A stretch of DNA of 64,000 nt, taken from a virus (taxonomy: Duplodnaviria; Heunggongvirae; Uroviricota; Caudoviricetes). The stretch lies in IMG/VR virus record IMGVR_UViG_3300025413_000008; one strand, written 5' to 3'. The first letter of the stretch is position 1, and every line of letters starts with the position of its first letter. The notes beneath the pieces are model-generated. The model was not told where the DNA came from, made no database searches, and was given only the letters and a program-made list of their open reading frames with translations. Made by a program: the position numbers and the translations under genes. Below are positions 58,301 to 64,000 of this stretch, one piece after another.

Positions 58301-61102
58301 AAGTATTGCATCATTGGAACCGGACCCAATTCCATATGCAAAAAGTTTACACCCTGCAAAAGAAGTTCCCGGATAAATGGTCGGATCACTAAGTGAAATT
58401 CCGTTCTTATCAAAAATGTCAAAAAGTGGTGGCTGATTTACGTATATCTTTTGTTGTCCCTGATCCCATGTGTTACCGTTATACACATAAGTTAAGCCAT
58501 GGTTATAGTAGCCGCGCGAAATTACTGTTTGCTCTTCTGCTAAGCAGACACCATCTTCTGCAACGGTTAATGTAATTACGGGTCTGGAACCTTGGGAAAT
58601 TTGTGAAAACTCTGCTACGTAAATTTTATTTCTGACCTGTGGATCAGCGTCATTTGCGAAAATAACACGAGCATTGGGGAATAATGCATAATTACTTACG
58701 TCAAGTTCTGATGCAAAAATTGACACATTTGATCCGGCAGAAACATTCTGTGGGAATTCCCATGTAACTGTCAACGTCAGTGTTGTCGTGCCAGTAATGT
58801 TAGTGATTTGAGAATTTACTGGTAACAGTCCCGATGAGTCTGCAATAAACATTAAATCAATTAATGATCCAGTAACAGCACTAGCTGGAACAGTAATTGT
58901 TGTTGACGTTGCGGCAGTTACTGCAGCGATGGTGGCACTATATGAACTATACGTCTGAATATCTGGATAATAGTTATATGTATTTGCAACCTGAGTAAAG
59001 GCATTAGTCACTCTGGTGTCAATGTAGTCAACTGCCGACTTTCCTACGATCCCTGAATTAAATAATTTAAGATTTGGATAAAATTCAATGATAGGACGTT
59101 TTGCTCTATTGGTAGAATTAGCATAAGTGGTAATGATATTTGAATCATTATTGTATTTTGCAGCCGCACTAATTACGTCAGTGTGAAACCAACGATTGCT
59201 TCGTGACCAAGCATTTCTACTGATTGAGCCACGAGCAATCGTGATGTAATCTTGAAGAGCGGGGACATTTAATTCGCCGTCATAATTAAGATCATCAAAT
59301 CCATCTGAATCAAATGGAATATATTCTTCTTGAGTAAAACTTTCTGGACATACTAATTGATTAAACGGTATTAGTTCAATAGCAGTACCAACTCCTTGAA
59401 CATAGTACTGTCCTTGCAGGTAATTTGTTGGAATAACATTTCCATTAAAATTAACTAATAGTCCGTTAGTAAATACTACTCCATTTGGAGAAGTATAAGT
59501 CTTTTGACCAATAATATCTGTAGTTACGTCAATTGTTGCATTTAAGTTCGCATCAATAATTTTAATAACACCAACATCATTTGGATTGGTACCGTCCTGA
59601 TAATACAATGTACTGAGTGGCGCGGTGACATATGGTACTGGATTAATATAACTTATATTGTTAGAATCAACGCTCCGATAAAAAGGAACGTTAGTATATT
59701 CTTTACCATATTTTGGAACAATGTTAGTGTTCAATGGCACCGTAGAGGTCGGGAATAAGCGAATCAATGGATTATTTGGATCACCGACATAATTTATAGT
59801 ATAGAAGTTTTGGGGTACGTTTGAGTAGAAGCCTTCTTCCCATAGCCCCTGATTTACATTCAATGTCATCTGACCAGCCGCTGGAGTTAACGTGATGTTA
59901 TTGCCTCCAATCTTATCGGTTATGGTAAACTGCGTAGAATTTAAAATTGAGTTCACATAATATACCTGACCAGCAGTTACTCCACCAAAAATGGGAAAAC
60001 TGCCTGAGGTAGAGAAAGTTACTGTATTATTAACCGTTAGCATACTGGTGCTGCCAGTCGCTAAAGTAAAGGATGTGTTATCACATGATGCGATTTGAAG
60101 CGTAACAGGAGGCACTACCAATCTAGGATCAGTCCCAGTATTATCATCATAAAGGGTTTCATCATAATATTCTGATGTATAGCCAATTTCATTAGTGATT
60201 GATGGGTTATAGAATAATACTGTAAGTCCCTCTAGAGAAGTTACTCCGTCAATTCCAGCAAAATTTTTAACCAACTGTCCCTCAACTTGGCTGAATGACA
60301 GATTGCTTACTAAGTCAACACTAGTGCTATTTGAAAAAACGTACTGGTCTTGAGCATTCGCCTGTGGAACAGTAAAGATAACATATCCATTACTTGCTCC
60401 ATTATTCTCAACGCCATAAACATTACGCGTATAAAGTGTTGGCTGTGTGGGAGAATATCCCGTTACACCCGGTTGTCCCTGAATCCAAAAATTTGATTCT
60501 TGATTGACTTTAAAAGTATATGTTCCACCTCTAAGCAACGTGATCTGTGGATTAATTGATCCTACATTAGAAATTCCAGCAGAAATTTCATATCCATTTT
60601 GGAGATATGTTACATTGTAGTCTTGCACGGTGTATACTGTTGCAGCAGCGACTGTCACCGGAGGAGGGCCTTCAGGTAACCAATAATATTGAGTATAATT
60701 TATAAGTTTATCAAGATCAGTAAAAGAATCCCATGAGTAAAATTGACTAGTGAACAACTTACTGTTGTCATCGGTTACACCATCTGCCAATTTAAGAGCA
60801 TCAATCATGCCGGGATAAGTGATAAAGTCGGTTGCTGTTCCGGACGTTGACGTTATGGAAGTGTTCGGGGCCGTTAAGACGACACCTGGTGCTAATTGAT
60901 AATTACTACGAGTTGCTGTGGTTTCTGGAATATAATTATCCGTGGCATTGATACCGTATCCAAATTTACTACCGACATATCCTTGCATTTTCATTAAGCT
61001 AGGAGGATTAACTATCTGATCTAACGTCGCCGCCAGAAATTGAGCATTTGTCGGTGTTTGAAAATATTCTGGTAGAAAATTAAGAGTTCTAATTTTTGCC
61101 AT
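43316..61102 (-). CDS. Giant 5928-aa baseplate wedge/virion structural protein (gp7-like position)
   Basis: Uninterrupted 17.8-kb ORF directly downstream of the gp6-like gene; many repeated beta-rich domains. Confidence 0.8.
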   Translation of the reverse strand: MAKIRTLNFLPEYFQTPTNAQFLAATLDQIVNPPSLMKMQGYVGSKFGYGINATDNYIPETTATRSNYQLAPGVVLTAPNTSITSTSGTATDFITYPGMIDALKLADGVTDDNSKLFTSQFYSWDSFTDLDKLINYTQYYWLPEGPPPVTVAAATVYTVQDYNVTYLQNGYEISAGISNVGSINPQITLLRGGTYTFKVNQESNFWIQGQPGVTGYSPTQPTLYTRNVYGVENNGASNGYVIFTVPQANAQDQYVFSNSTSVDLVSNLSFSQVEGQLVKNFAGIDGVTSLEGLTVLFYNPSITNEIGYTSEYYDETLYDDNTGTDPRLVVPPVTLQIASCDNTSFTLATGSTSMLTVNNTVTFSTSGSFPIFGGVTAGQVYYVNSILNSTQFTITDKIGGNNITLTPAAGQMTLNVNQGLWEEGFYSNVPQNFYTINYVGDPNNPLIRLFPTSTVPLNTNIVPKYGKEYTNVPFYRSVDSNNISYINPVPYVTAPLSTLYYQDGTNPNDVGVIKIIDANLNATIDVTTDIIGQKTYTSPNGVVFTNGLLVNFNGNVIPTNYLQGQYYVQGVGTAIELIPFNQLVCPESFTQEEYIPFDSDGFDDLNYDGELNVPALQDYITIARGSISRNAWSRSNRWFHTDVISAAAKYNNDSNIITTYANSTNRAKRPIIEFYPNLKLFNSGIVGKSAVDYIDTRVTNAFTQVANTYNYYPDIQTYSSYSATIAAVTAATSTTITVPASAVTGSLIDLMFIADSSGLLPVNSQITNITGTTTLTLTVTWEFPQNVSAGSNVSIFASELDVSNYALFPNARVIFANDADPQVRNKIYVAEFSQISQGSRPVITLTVAEDGVCLAEEQTVISRGYYNHGLTYVYNGNTWDQGQQKIYVNQPPLFDIFDKNGISLSDPTIYPGTSFAGCKLFAYGIGSGSNDAILGFPVRYSNINNIGDISFDVSLNNDTFSYINGTTPITEKVNIGYVYNYTDIAMEVKQLGWQTAIADSVQYQVFNYNFDPLVNTTTSFVCDVAALSEPTSDNPGWPTIKVYINNTYVNPNNYTVSVGPTTTTITLANVPTAKTVIQILVLSDQVSNLAYYDIPINLNNNPFNEDLAIVNMGDIRDQYQDIYINAPNTTGPIFGANNYRDLGNLLPYGTKIIQNSASLVLPGAFLRSPRYNIFDALLYNSREYITYKQLIVNTVQNTDYVQRYTPSQILDVALQKITAAKTRDQSFFWSDMLPSQTPYVSNTYTFNNLSSSTFYPLSQIYNFATANYNGVLVYHITNITGVTVEKQLLSGVDYVINTDSPSLEVLINLQAGDQIIIKEYNQTYGSYAPNTPTKLGLYPAFQPAIVLDSNYTNPTWFIKGHDGSYTKLYGTYDQILGVLTDFRDQALFEFENRVFNNLKLSTKIPISKFEIVPGFFRNPTYSYKDFMSIYSPLFLNWVGQNRLDYKTQYYNSSNTLTYNYTNSANRLNNAPIQQGYWRGVYEYFYDTTTPDQTPWEMLGFANEPTWWTTRYGPLPYTSDNGILWGDLEAGYIWNNGNPYINTEFARPGLSKIIPVDTNGTLLSPFQSIIGNYNPSTFQKDWAVGDDAPTEFSYRRSSTYPFDLMKIYALTRPAEFFNLGVDLDNYQYNSDFNQYLVNNRSHLVLSNIEIYGNGTAKTSYINWIVDYQKQQGIDATADTTTLLNNLDVRLVYRLAGFSDKNLLQFYVEKGSPNSNNSSLLIPDESYKILLYNNQPSDRIMYSGVIVQQNDGYWTVYGNSQLYAYFTIANPLIGKGTTNLTVQNISVNLYRNYSATQTDIVPYGTKFYNAQDLAQFLMCYGKYLETQGMLFNDIQNGIQVTWTQMIQEFLYWAQTGWNIGSIITLNPAAGLLEISPQNLLVQPLTIQDQNFILNQNLYPIENKDLAIFRNNNLFSVKTQNVGDAMAYGQFDISNFEHGIVFNNFTLFNDVIYNLVTGLRQDRIFLRGEKSAEWNGTMYAGGFILNQDNVQEWDPAVKYTRGSVVLYKNNYYQAQVVVNPATQFNPSQWKLTNYEAIQIGMLSNPSTRAYESTLFYDINQANLHDDADTLGYSLIGYRPRDYLALLDLTNVAQVQVYQNLIINKGTLNSVSAFEGANLPTGGINYSVNEIWSILSGKFGGTLNNNFIDFSINARDMTGDPSIVSLTDGTINTNGAMQEIPLNTLYNYGTPISSPNFLPVTSNPSVNNTYPNAGFVNFNDITLASYYYAGLPRATNSSGAIVPIQNFYVGQYAWLANFMQDWGVYSWEVVGQILQVRNNNNSTVTLTFSAPHNLARLQSLSIVNFASNVNGYYIVIDVPSIYEAVINLNLNNTTQNSIQGLGIGLTFKSHRVTNPSDIGNLNLTQADFIDNLVWVDNNVDGNWAVLLKANNYVMQNTLLNQPVSTSTFGSAVAYTPDIGYLVGDAAAGNVYRYVLNSLTQEYEIYQTITNGTSFGSEISYSASNDIYVVSQPTGTPEVFIYTLNNSPLGDNLIQYQSAITAPGGVTNWGSAVAISGDANWIYISDITNNNIYVYRRDNIPLQAGYFNTGQTYVITELGSTDFTAIGASYNAVGITFIATGAGTGSGTATQVTYRYASEITGSTYGYTSGDNFSASLSTNQDGSILIAGAPLKNYSMTIEDWGQVSVLNRTEQNFQVQSGQVPNQTSVFPLAWTPVATATITASATNSSNDTITCSTSMSAYAVNTPIAFTGASLAGTGINAARVYYIASISGNNITIKTSRITTTVVDLNSVSLTGVNVYVQVTPLYVSVNGTIVDDSNYAIIGTNLYYYSNLNAGDILNVNDSKFFLAQTFNSNYHDRTGIHFGYAVANANSGSDILVGSPFEISDINGQEGAVYKFSNGGAKYGVVVGTTGCNIVSSTTVLINGYAVNLSSGWTAIQVANAINTSGLINIQAAATSNNNIIIQCIDSAIAPVNKKLVITAFNTTAFSELGFQPYTETQVLQCPYASGPTQFGTSIKIDAFNNMVVSAPTDTRYEGTLFDFVDAFNLSNDTVFDNNATQFVDSYPNAGAVYLFQYLADYNESLTTPGQYVYAQSVNDNSTSYGNSPMYGTALDINDNTIVIGTPNFLTGVNNGQVLVYTNPTGVPVWSVYRNSAPVVDINSIQNSQLYSATSNQTLVNFDYMDPLQGKLLGAARENLDYVTSVDPASYNSNLANNNGNMWGTAQVGQLWLDVTNIRWVNYHQNDVTYNSKYWGSVFPGSDVAVYTWVASFSPPNKYSGSGSVYDINKYCVASVLNSSNVVSPVYYFWVRNTNIIFDQRNKSLSDSIVSTYIANPSASGIPFVAPLSPNTIGLYNASTFFNGKDSIFHIGYSTAKAQDVSHEEFALINQGDPKSFLTGFPPIVKRQTTVATFGNNFNYTGIPTALYERLLYSFSGCDKSGAVVPDPFLPLAVQSGVMSHPRQSFFYDRFLALNNYLTYANSILIQYPIAELRPDSTFLFASGEYYTTSDYWSYTNWWAAGYDNNTKSLYQVPYYADLKTLNVSSGTIVTVLQSKNGNTETYRYDGNGVWTRVGLQNGTIQFNSTLWDYASGQFGWDGNFFDTGVYDDYPSQETYYIIRALNEQIFTEDLLQYRNSSLILMFEYIQSETVESQNFLPWLNKTSLLDVQHTLRELLPYENYVTDNFDFLSGYINETKPYHVLIKDFLYDYKGNEDYVGNLTDFDLPAQYNSTYQKFISPQIVYGLPSNEYEYANTDSIWSTAPYTQWKQNYGVSLTGQPDYLMTTLTSYMDLKSNSMIVENANGFPINGILTIDNEQIQYSAVDTSLNLIAGLTRGYNGTTVSNHFPGAKITINLPPVVLLNGGAGYVNTPKVTAYIDTTLYPPPTVPAQLQAVMGIDSVLNIDVINPGEGYAITPEIVIDPSTTISFTNTAINSLLHTVVVYAPNLQTGNVIQYKAGADKVGIGLLSDNEWYYVNVLQTNPTSVIALYSSYRDAINDKNRIQIYDKGTTNTLSFNLGARAYAISTSYPIRENNITVKFDRTTYKSQVIDWKAGEYYGSFFAGNYLNINQVSSSSIQLESVNPSISGILASAQGAVFEIVSVANNRQTDWSSTIRYVSGTSSSNNAITLIPQDNNNNPSNPEPNASGTTIGFYVGMPVQFNGAVIGGLVANQEYYVAQVISETAFTVSATQNGSVVSLTTATIGSIPMTCLTAQIVDTAVLDINYPGILTVTNTTSGTNYLTVPTSVIGTGGTSSFYQNLPVFFSDGVIGGVVENQVYYISTVIDQQTFTISANENPLTTTMTSTASSTNVITVGSTFQFNVNDPIIFTQMTISGSPVTAFGGIVAGTTYYVSNILSGTTMQISQYINGSILTLSNATGTALITDQIDSVQLTTDTGAMTMNVSLPVSPGQINGQKFTLYGTSGQYPNITSGIVGNLIQRNVNATVANGNNIVAIDSVSGGTDLFYVNMPIQFATAIGGLSSNTTYYVLTYSGQTGVNNIQVNVTGTSSDGNLLTGDDTSYMYVGMSIVFSGQGLGGILTGKQYFVSSIADSTHFTVSLTKGGATLTLTTDNGTMTGVGDPYITVSATAGGPPVTLSNSTTGSVLNQYITSTPTFDMSYILGGYRAIITSAGSGFALNNTITISGTVLGGTTPLNDAVLQVNNINSSGGITSVICSGIVPYPSLTCYLKVISPNQVEVYANPSMTVPVSGINLGFGGFTIDTVNSVTVSNNSLTISDTSKFSVNDAVVFTGNTSTAVSNISPYLTYYISAILNSTQIQVTTIPGGSAITVTSTANTNFTIAKAGSFAFLPEPFFFNQSIVKFNGRVYICVVSNNDKNFVIGKWQILDSDDPRLNAMDRVIGYYAPTTNMPGVDLTQLFDGVTYPNSIYYGNEFQPSLQYPLDTVLQDQPFNNTGLPVPTYDVQGAPFQYGYGPEELVPGVVTDNVAMTVATRPGTDWNIEQYGHSGYNVVSKNLVPTSGTQATYSFAGIAHFPAQIFVQTVGVASGLGTTLNNGIDYTVNWINKTFTLTNPLPYPITETIRLDVYEVGNGNQLIKSNSNVDPIRVDPVSGFNEIYVDCNYSAPIYQGSGVIQPGTYDIDTIATQTISNGNGILCNNLSNLSLNSPITFEGITFGGINPDTVYYVKSISKATNTITISASFNSATGQPGPILDVTDATGTMYVIVQAGTGLTWTSPIIYHNGTKLIAGGTDIVTNTTTGTNAITTNSTSRMVVNTPITFSANMFGPDIVPLQRYYVAQILSSTTFTISATPSGPVLSLTTQQGGATFVTYDYAFGIQPNGTSAMIIFSTGNYTNNSDYLVYSLFGQTLPIQYGYTVPETQLFTGTGSQTQFALSNYVGAGNPSNAIVEVNGLRASPSTYTIDPSADTITFNSAPSNGSEIGVTTFNDTRRQYLNTQTITATNSNIVSQIVSISNNITSPYAVTASNATTSGTNNITVVSTSGFVVGQPVTFQGTSFGGIATDGTVYFVQSIVSSTAFRISATAVNGVPGSVFAVTTATGEMLVTVGGTPAVRVTTNGTNYFTENQLIRIDGTVGSNQLNGNEYYARIINTNVFDLYTTPFSAALNAVNNPVTQISSYISGGYTWVAGSYYLVDTTTSSTSVSSGGNSNVITVASTATLDYGTPVVFTATGSADGTNILGGLIQGTVYYVSTIYSPTQFSVAYSQYGTNVTLSDATGVVNVTQWEQNNPDRLWITINGYRVPSSSLRLYPSNEVGILTSITSGSAVIMTNMIPTATPNGEIYMNFINELGQASVYRANNLSRTWLTQPLYQESDLVYIQDYRAVTNSVTQTSIVPAASGGVYTIGLTGVDKTLITGISVYNNTTRKYISSSNYQITIIGLAPELVINTGSYINAGNSLTITTLIGNTIYINGEQIKFSIVNTVTNTLGGLQRGANGTGAQVYIPEYADVFSILSANKLPDTYYNQTWNSYVYNPTLGDPLQISQTIPATFLEVDIT

Positions 61103-64000
61103 TTATAGGTATCCTATTTGTAATAATGATGGGCTTAATGCGGGCACAACTTGTATTGAATTAGCAATTGCAGCATTTGTGAAAATTTCATATGGTAAAC
61201 AAGTTATTTCATATAGATATCCGAATGGCTTAGATGGATCATTTGAGACTAACACCGCAGAACTGATTAAATCACCACACTGTGCATGCAGATATGCGCT
61301 CAATTCTGAAAAATAGAAAGTAGCTCCAAAATTCCAATTATTAATATCAAAATAATTATTTATTGCCGTTAATACAGCACTTCTTATTTCACTGTTGCTT
61401 GCACTGGTGTTTGACGCCGGTACTACATTAATAGTTCCCTGCAGGGCTGGTTCGGCTTTTGGTCCAAACAGTGGCTTAAAAACAACACTATTGAGTATTA
61501 CAGAATCAGATAGCATTTTATAATCTTGCAATTTTGGATAATTTTGTGACAATTCGTTTATAGTAGGCAATGGTGGTTTTGGAATAGTGTTTGTTGTATC
61601 CTGAATCCAATTGGTATACGAAGTATAATAATCCTGCGTAACTACGTATAGATCAATGATATTAGTAGTTACAGGATCAATTCTAGTAGTATTATTTGAA
61701 TTGTGTCTATATTGAAACGCCAAACCTTGACGACCCGGTAGCATTGAATATTGAACCTGAGGAACCATTGTATAAAATTGTGTCAGAACTGTTGGGTCTT
61801 GGTATGATTTATAAAAATTATTCTCAGAATATGCGTAGAACAACTGTCCCTGAGGGTATTGATATTTAACAACTTCAATTTGAGAAAGAGTTGGGTATTG
61901 ATATACCACAGACGACGATGGAATAATATACTTAACCGTTAAGTTGAGTGGGTCAATGACTGTTTCAAAAAAAGTATATACTCCGATGTTAGAACTGCCA
62001 TTTGAATATCCAGTTATTTTATTGAAAAAATCTGGATTAAGTATGAGATTGCCATTATTAATATCTGTAGCAGAGACCCTTACTTGAAAATCATTGATAT
62101 ATCCATCACTTTGAACTGGCTGTCCAGTGACATTGATTGGCGTATTCTGCCCTAAGGGCTGGCTAGAATTAAAGCCAGCATTAATCCCTAAAACATTAAT
62201 AAAATCTTGAAGAATCTTGCCGGAATATGGGTCATATATTACAGAATTAGTATCAAATGTAAATCTGGTATCTGATACTGATCCAAAATAATATGCTAAT
62301 GATTTATATGTAATACTATATGTGTTAGTGTTAGCATCAGCAGTAAACTGCACGAATGCATTTGGATCATTGTAAGTTGAAATTGACCATCTTTCTTGGT
62401 TAATCAGAAGCGAATTATTAAACACTAAAGTAAAATTCTGTTTTAATTCCATTCTGATGATACATTCTTGAATGATTGTAGTTGGTATGATATTACCAAA
62501 CACTGGTATTACTGATGTTAGGATAGCACCATTTGGAACATATCCACTTAGTGTTACCGGTCCTGCTCCGTTAGCAAAATTACCAATACCATTATTGCTG
62601 CCATCACCGATTACATTAAGAATAGTTGCCCAGATATACGTGCTATCCCCAGAACCAGGTATCCCCGCGACCAAACGAGCATTATGATCAAAATAGTAAC
62701 CCGGTGGTGAATCAAATCGACAGATAGCACCGGTAGTGACATACTTTACGTTTGTTGAAGAATATACACCAATTGACAATGGATTTACTGCGCTTACTCC
62801 ATTGATGTAATTATATAAATATCCAGTTTCTGATCCGGCGTTAACTGTACTTGCATTCCAATAAACAGTTCCATCATTTGTGGAAGAATTGATTGCATAT
62901 CTAGTACAATTCTGAATATAATATTGGTTTGCTTCATTTAGCCTTAAAACATTTGCTAAGCTATTTGTGAAGAAGGTAATAATGTCACTGGTGTTACTCA
63001 CAACAAGGGATAAGAAACCATTACTATCATCTTGATACAATGCGCCATCCGACCCGTAAGAATTTATACTAGAGTATTTTCCAGTTGGATCAAGTAAATC
63101 TAAATTCTTTGATACACCAACTGATGATCTGTTGATTGCGGTTGATTTAATAATCGAACTATACAGTGTATATGGGAAATTGCTATAGTCTTCACCATTA
63201 ACCATACGATTTTGACTATAGTAACGAAGTGGGGCGCGCTGTTTAATATCATTTAATGTTTCGCGCGCTTGTGCATTGGTAACCGTTGTGGTAAGTGCTA
63301 ACCCTACGGTAAGAGTTTGTGGCGTACCTGTATTGTCAATATAAGTGAAGGCTACCGATATGCCTGACATTTCACTTGGATCAATTGTATATGTTAGCGC
63401 ATTCCCATAACGTACATATGCTCGGAAGTTGCCGACCGGAATATTAGAAAATACACCGTCACCAAATACATAACTAACAGCATCATTTGTTCCAGACTGA
63501 ACCGAAAAAATAAGACGTTTAGATGATTCTGTTTGTAAATGTGCATTAGCATATACGTTTTCTACTTGAATCCATGGAGTTCTTGTGCCATTATTGTTAA
63601 ACTGATACAACCAAGTGTCTGTATTATTGATATTTTCAATTGATCCTATTGGGACAATTTGGTTTGAAATTGCTTGAGATAAATTAAAATCAAAATTTTG
63701 TATAGTTCCCTGTTTAAAATAGAAGAAAAAACCAGTATTTGGACTGCCATATCCTCGCATGTCATTTCGATATAACATATTGAACTGTCCAGATGGTGCT
63801 GGTGGAATTTCATAAATATAATCTTCGTTTAATGAAGTGACACTCACTAATTCAAAATTTGTGTTTTGTCCATTTACGGATGACGTAAAGGGAATTATTG
63901 GAAGAGATGTTGGTGTTATCTGTATTGCATATTCGCTAGTAGTGACACCGAGAATATTTTTTACATTTCCCGGTTTGCCGATACTTTGTACTGGAATCAA
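61103..64000 (-). CDS. 6: Baseplate wedge subunit, T4 gp6-like; 5'-truncated by the window edge
   Basis: ETLNDIKQRAPLRYYSQNRMVNGEDY matches the gp6/baseplate-J ESxxxIKxxAPxxYxxQNRxVxxxDY motif. Confidence 0.8.
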   Translation of the reverse strand: MIPVQSIGKPGNVKNILGVTTSEYAIQITPTSLPIIPFTSSVNGQNTNFELVSVTSLNEDYIYEIPPAPSGQFNMLYRNDMRGYGSPNTGFFFYFKQGTIQNFDFNLSQAISNQIVPIGSIENINNTDTWLYQFNNNGTRTPWIQVENVYANAHLQTESSKRLIFSVQSGTNDAVSYVFGDGVFSNIPVGNFRAYVRYGNALTYTIDPSEMSGISVAFTYIDNTGTPQTLTVGLALTTTVTNAQARETLNDIKQRAPLRYYSQNRMVNGEDYSNFPYTLYSSIIKSTAINRSSVGVSKNLDLLDPTGKYSSINSYGSDGALYQDDSNGFLSLVVSNTSDIITFFTNSLANVLRLNEANQYYIQNCTRYAINSSTNDGTVYWNASTVNAGSETGYLYNYINGVSAVNPLSIGVYSSTNVKYVTTGAICRFDSPPGYYFDHNARLVAGIPGSGDSTYIWATILNVIGDGSNNGIGNFANGAGPVTLSGYVPNGAILTSVIPVFGNIIPTTIIQECIIRMELKQNFTLVFNNSLLINQERWSISTYNDPNAFVQFTADANTNTYSITYKSLAYYFGSVSDTRFTFDTNSVIYDPYSGKILQDFINVLGINAGFNSSQPLGQNTPINVTGQPVQSDGYINDFQVRVSATDINNGNLILNPDFFNKITGYSNGSSNIGVYTFFETVIDPLNLTVKYIIPSSSVVYQYPTLSQIEVVKYQYPQGQLFYAYSENNFYKSYQDPTVLTQFYTMVPQVQYSMLPGRQGLAFQYRHNSNNTTRIDPVTTNIIDLYVVTQDYYTSYTNWIQDTTNTIPKPPLPTINELSQNYPKLQDYKMLSDSVILNSVVFKPLFGPKAEPALQGTINVVPASNTSASNSEIRSAVLTAINNYFDINNWNFGATFYFSELSAYLHAQCGDLISSAVLVSNDPSKPFGYLYEITCLPYEIFTNAAIANSIQVVPALSPSLLQIGYL

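Noticed and set aside
1-64000. Stop-codon recoding, as in some jumbo phages
   Set aside because: TAA, TAG and TGA all end genes cleanly, and coding density under code 11 is high, including a 17.8-kb ORF.

Overview
64-kb segment of a T4-related jumbo myovirus genome, with every credible gene but one on the minus strand. It contains recombination and replication genes (UvsX, gp32), terminase large subunit, thyA/DHFR, spanins, a MoxR/vWA pair, two homing endonucleases, a DNA methyltransferase, tail fibres with a chaperone, a 5928-aa baseplate protein and a truncated gp6-like wedge. Transcription signals are sigma70-type TTGAC(A/T)-17-TAnnnN promoters and T4 late-type (N)ATAAATA boxes. The features most worth follow-up are these. 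(1) A UDP-glucose dehydrogenase gene fractured at its catalytic Cys by a naturally split intein, with a free-standing GIY-YIG-type endonuclease between the halves (32023-34569). (2) A circularly permuted two-piece alphaproteobacterial-type tmRNA (tag ANDNSTMDIALAA) with a 61-aa ORF in its intervening segment, next to a YafQ/RelE-like gene. (3) Arrays of small paralogous genes joined by a repeated SD+ATGA element that encodes their LRWS C-terminus. (4) An 18-bp hairpin that hides the spanin start codon. (5) Apparently leaderless late mRNAs. (6) Probable capsid-packaged polyproteins. The host is inferred to be an alphaproteobacterium. Family assignments come from motif recognition only; no database searches were run.
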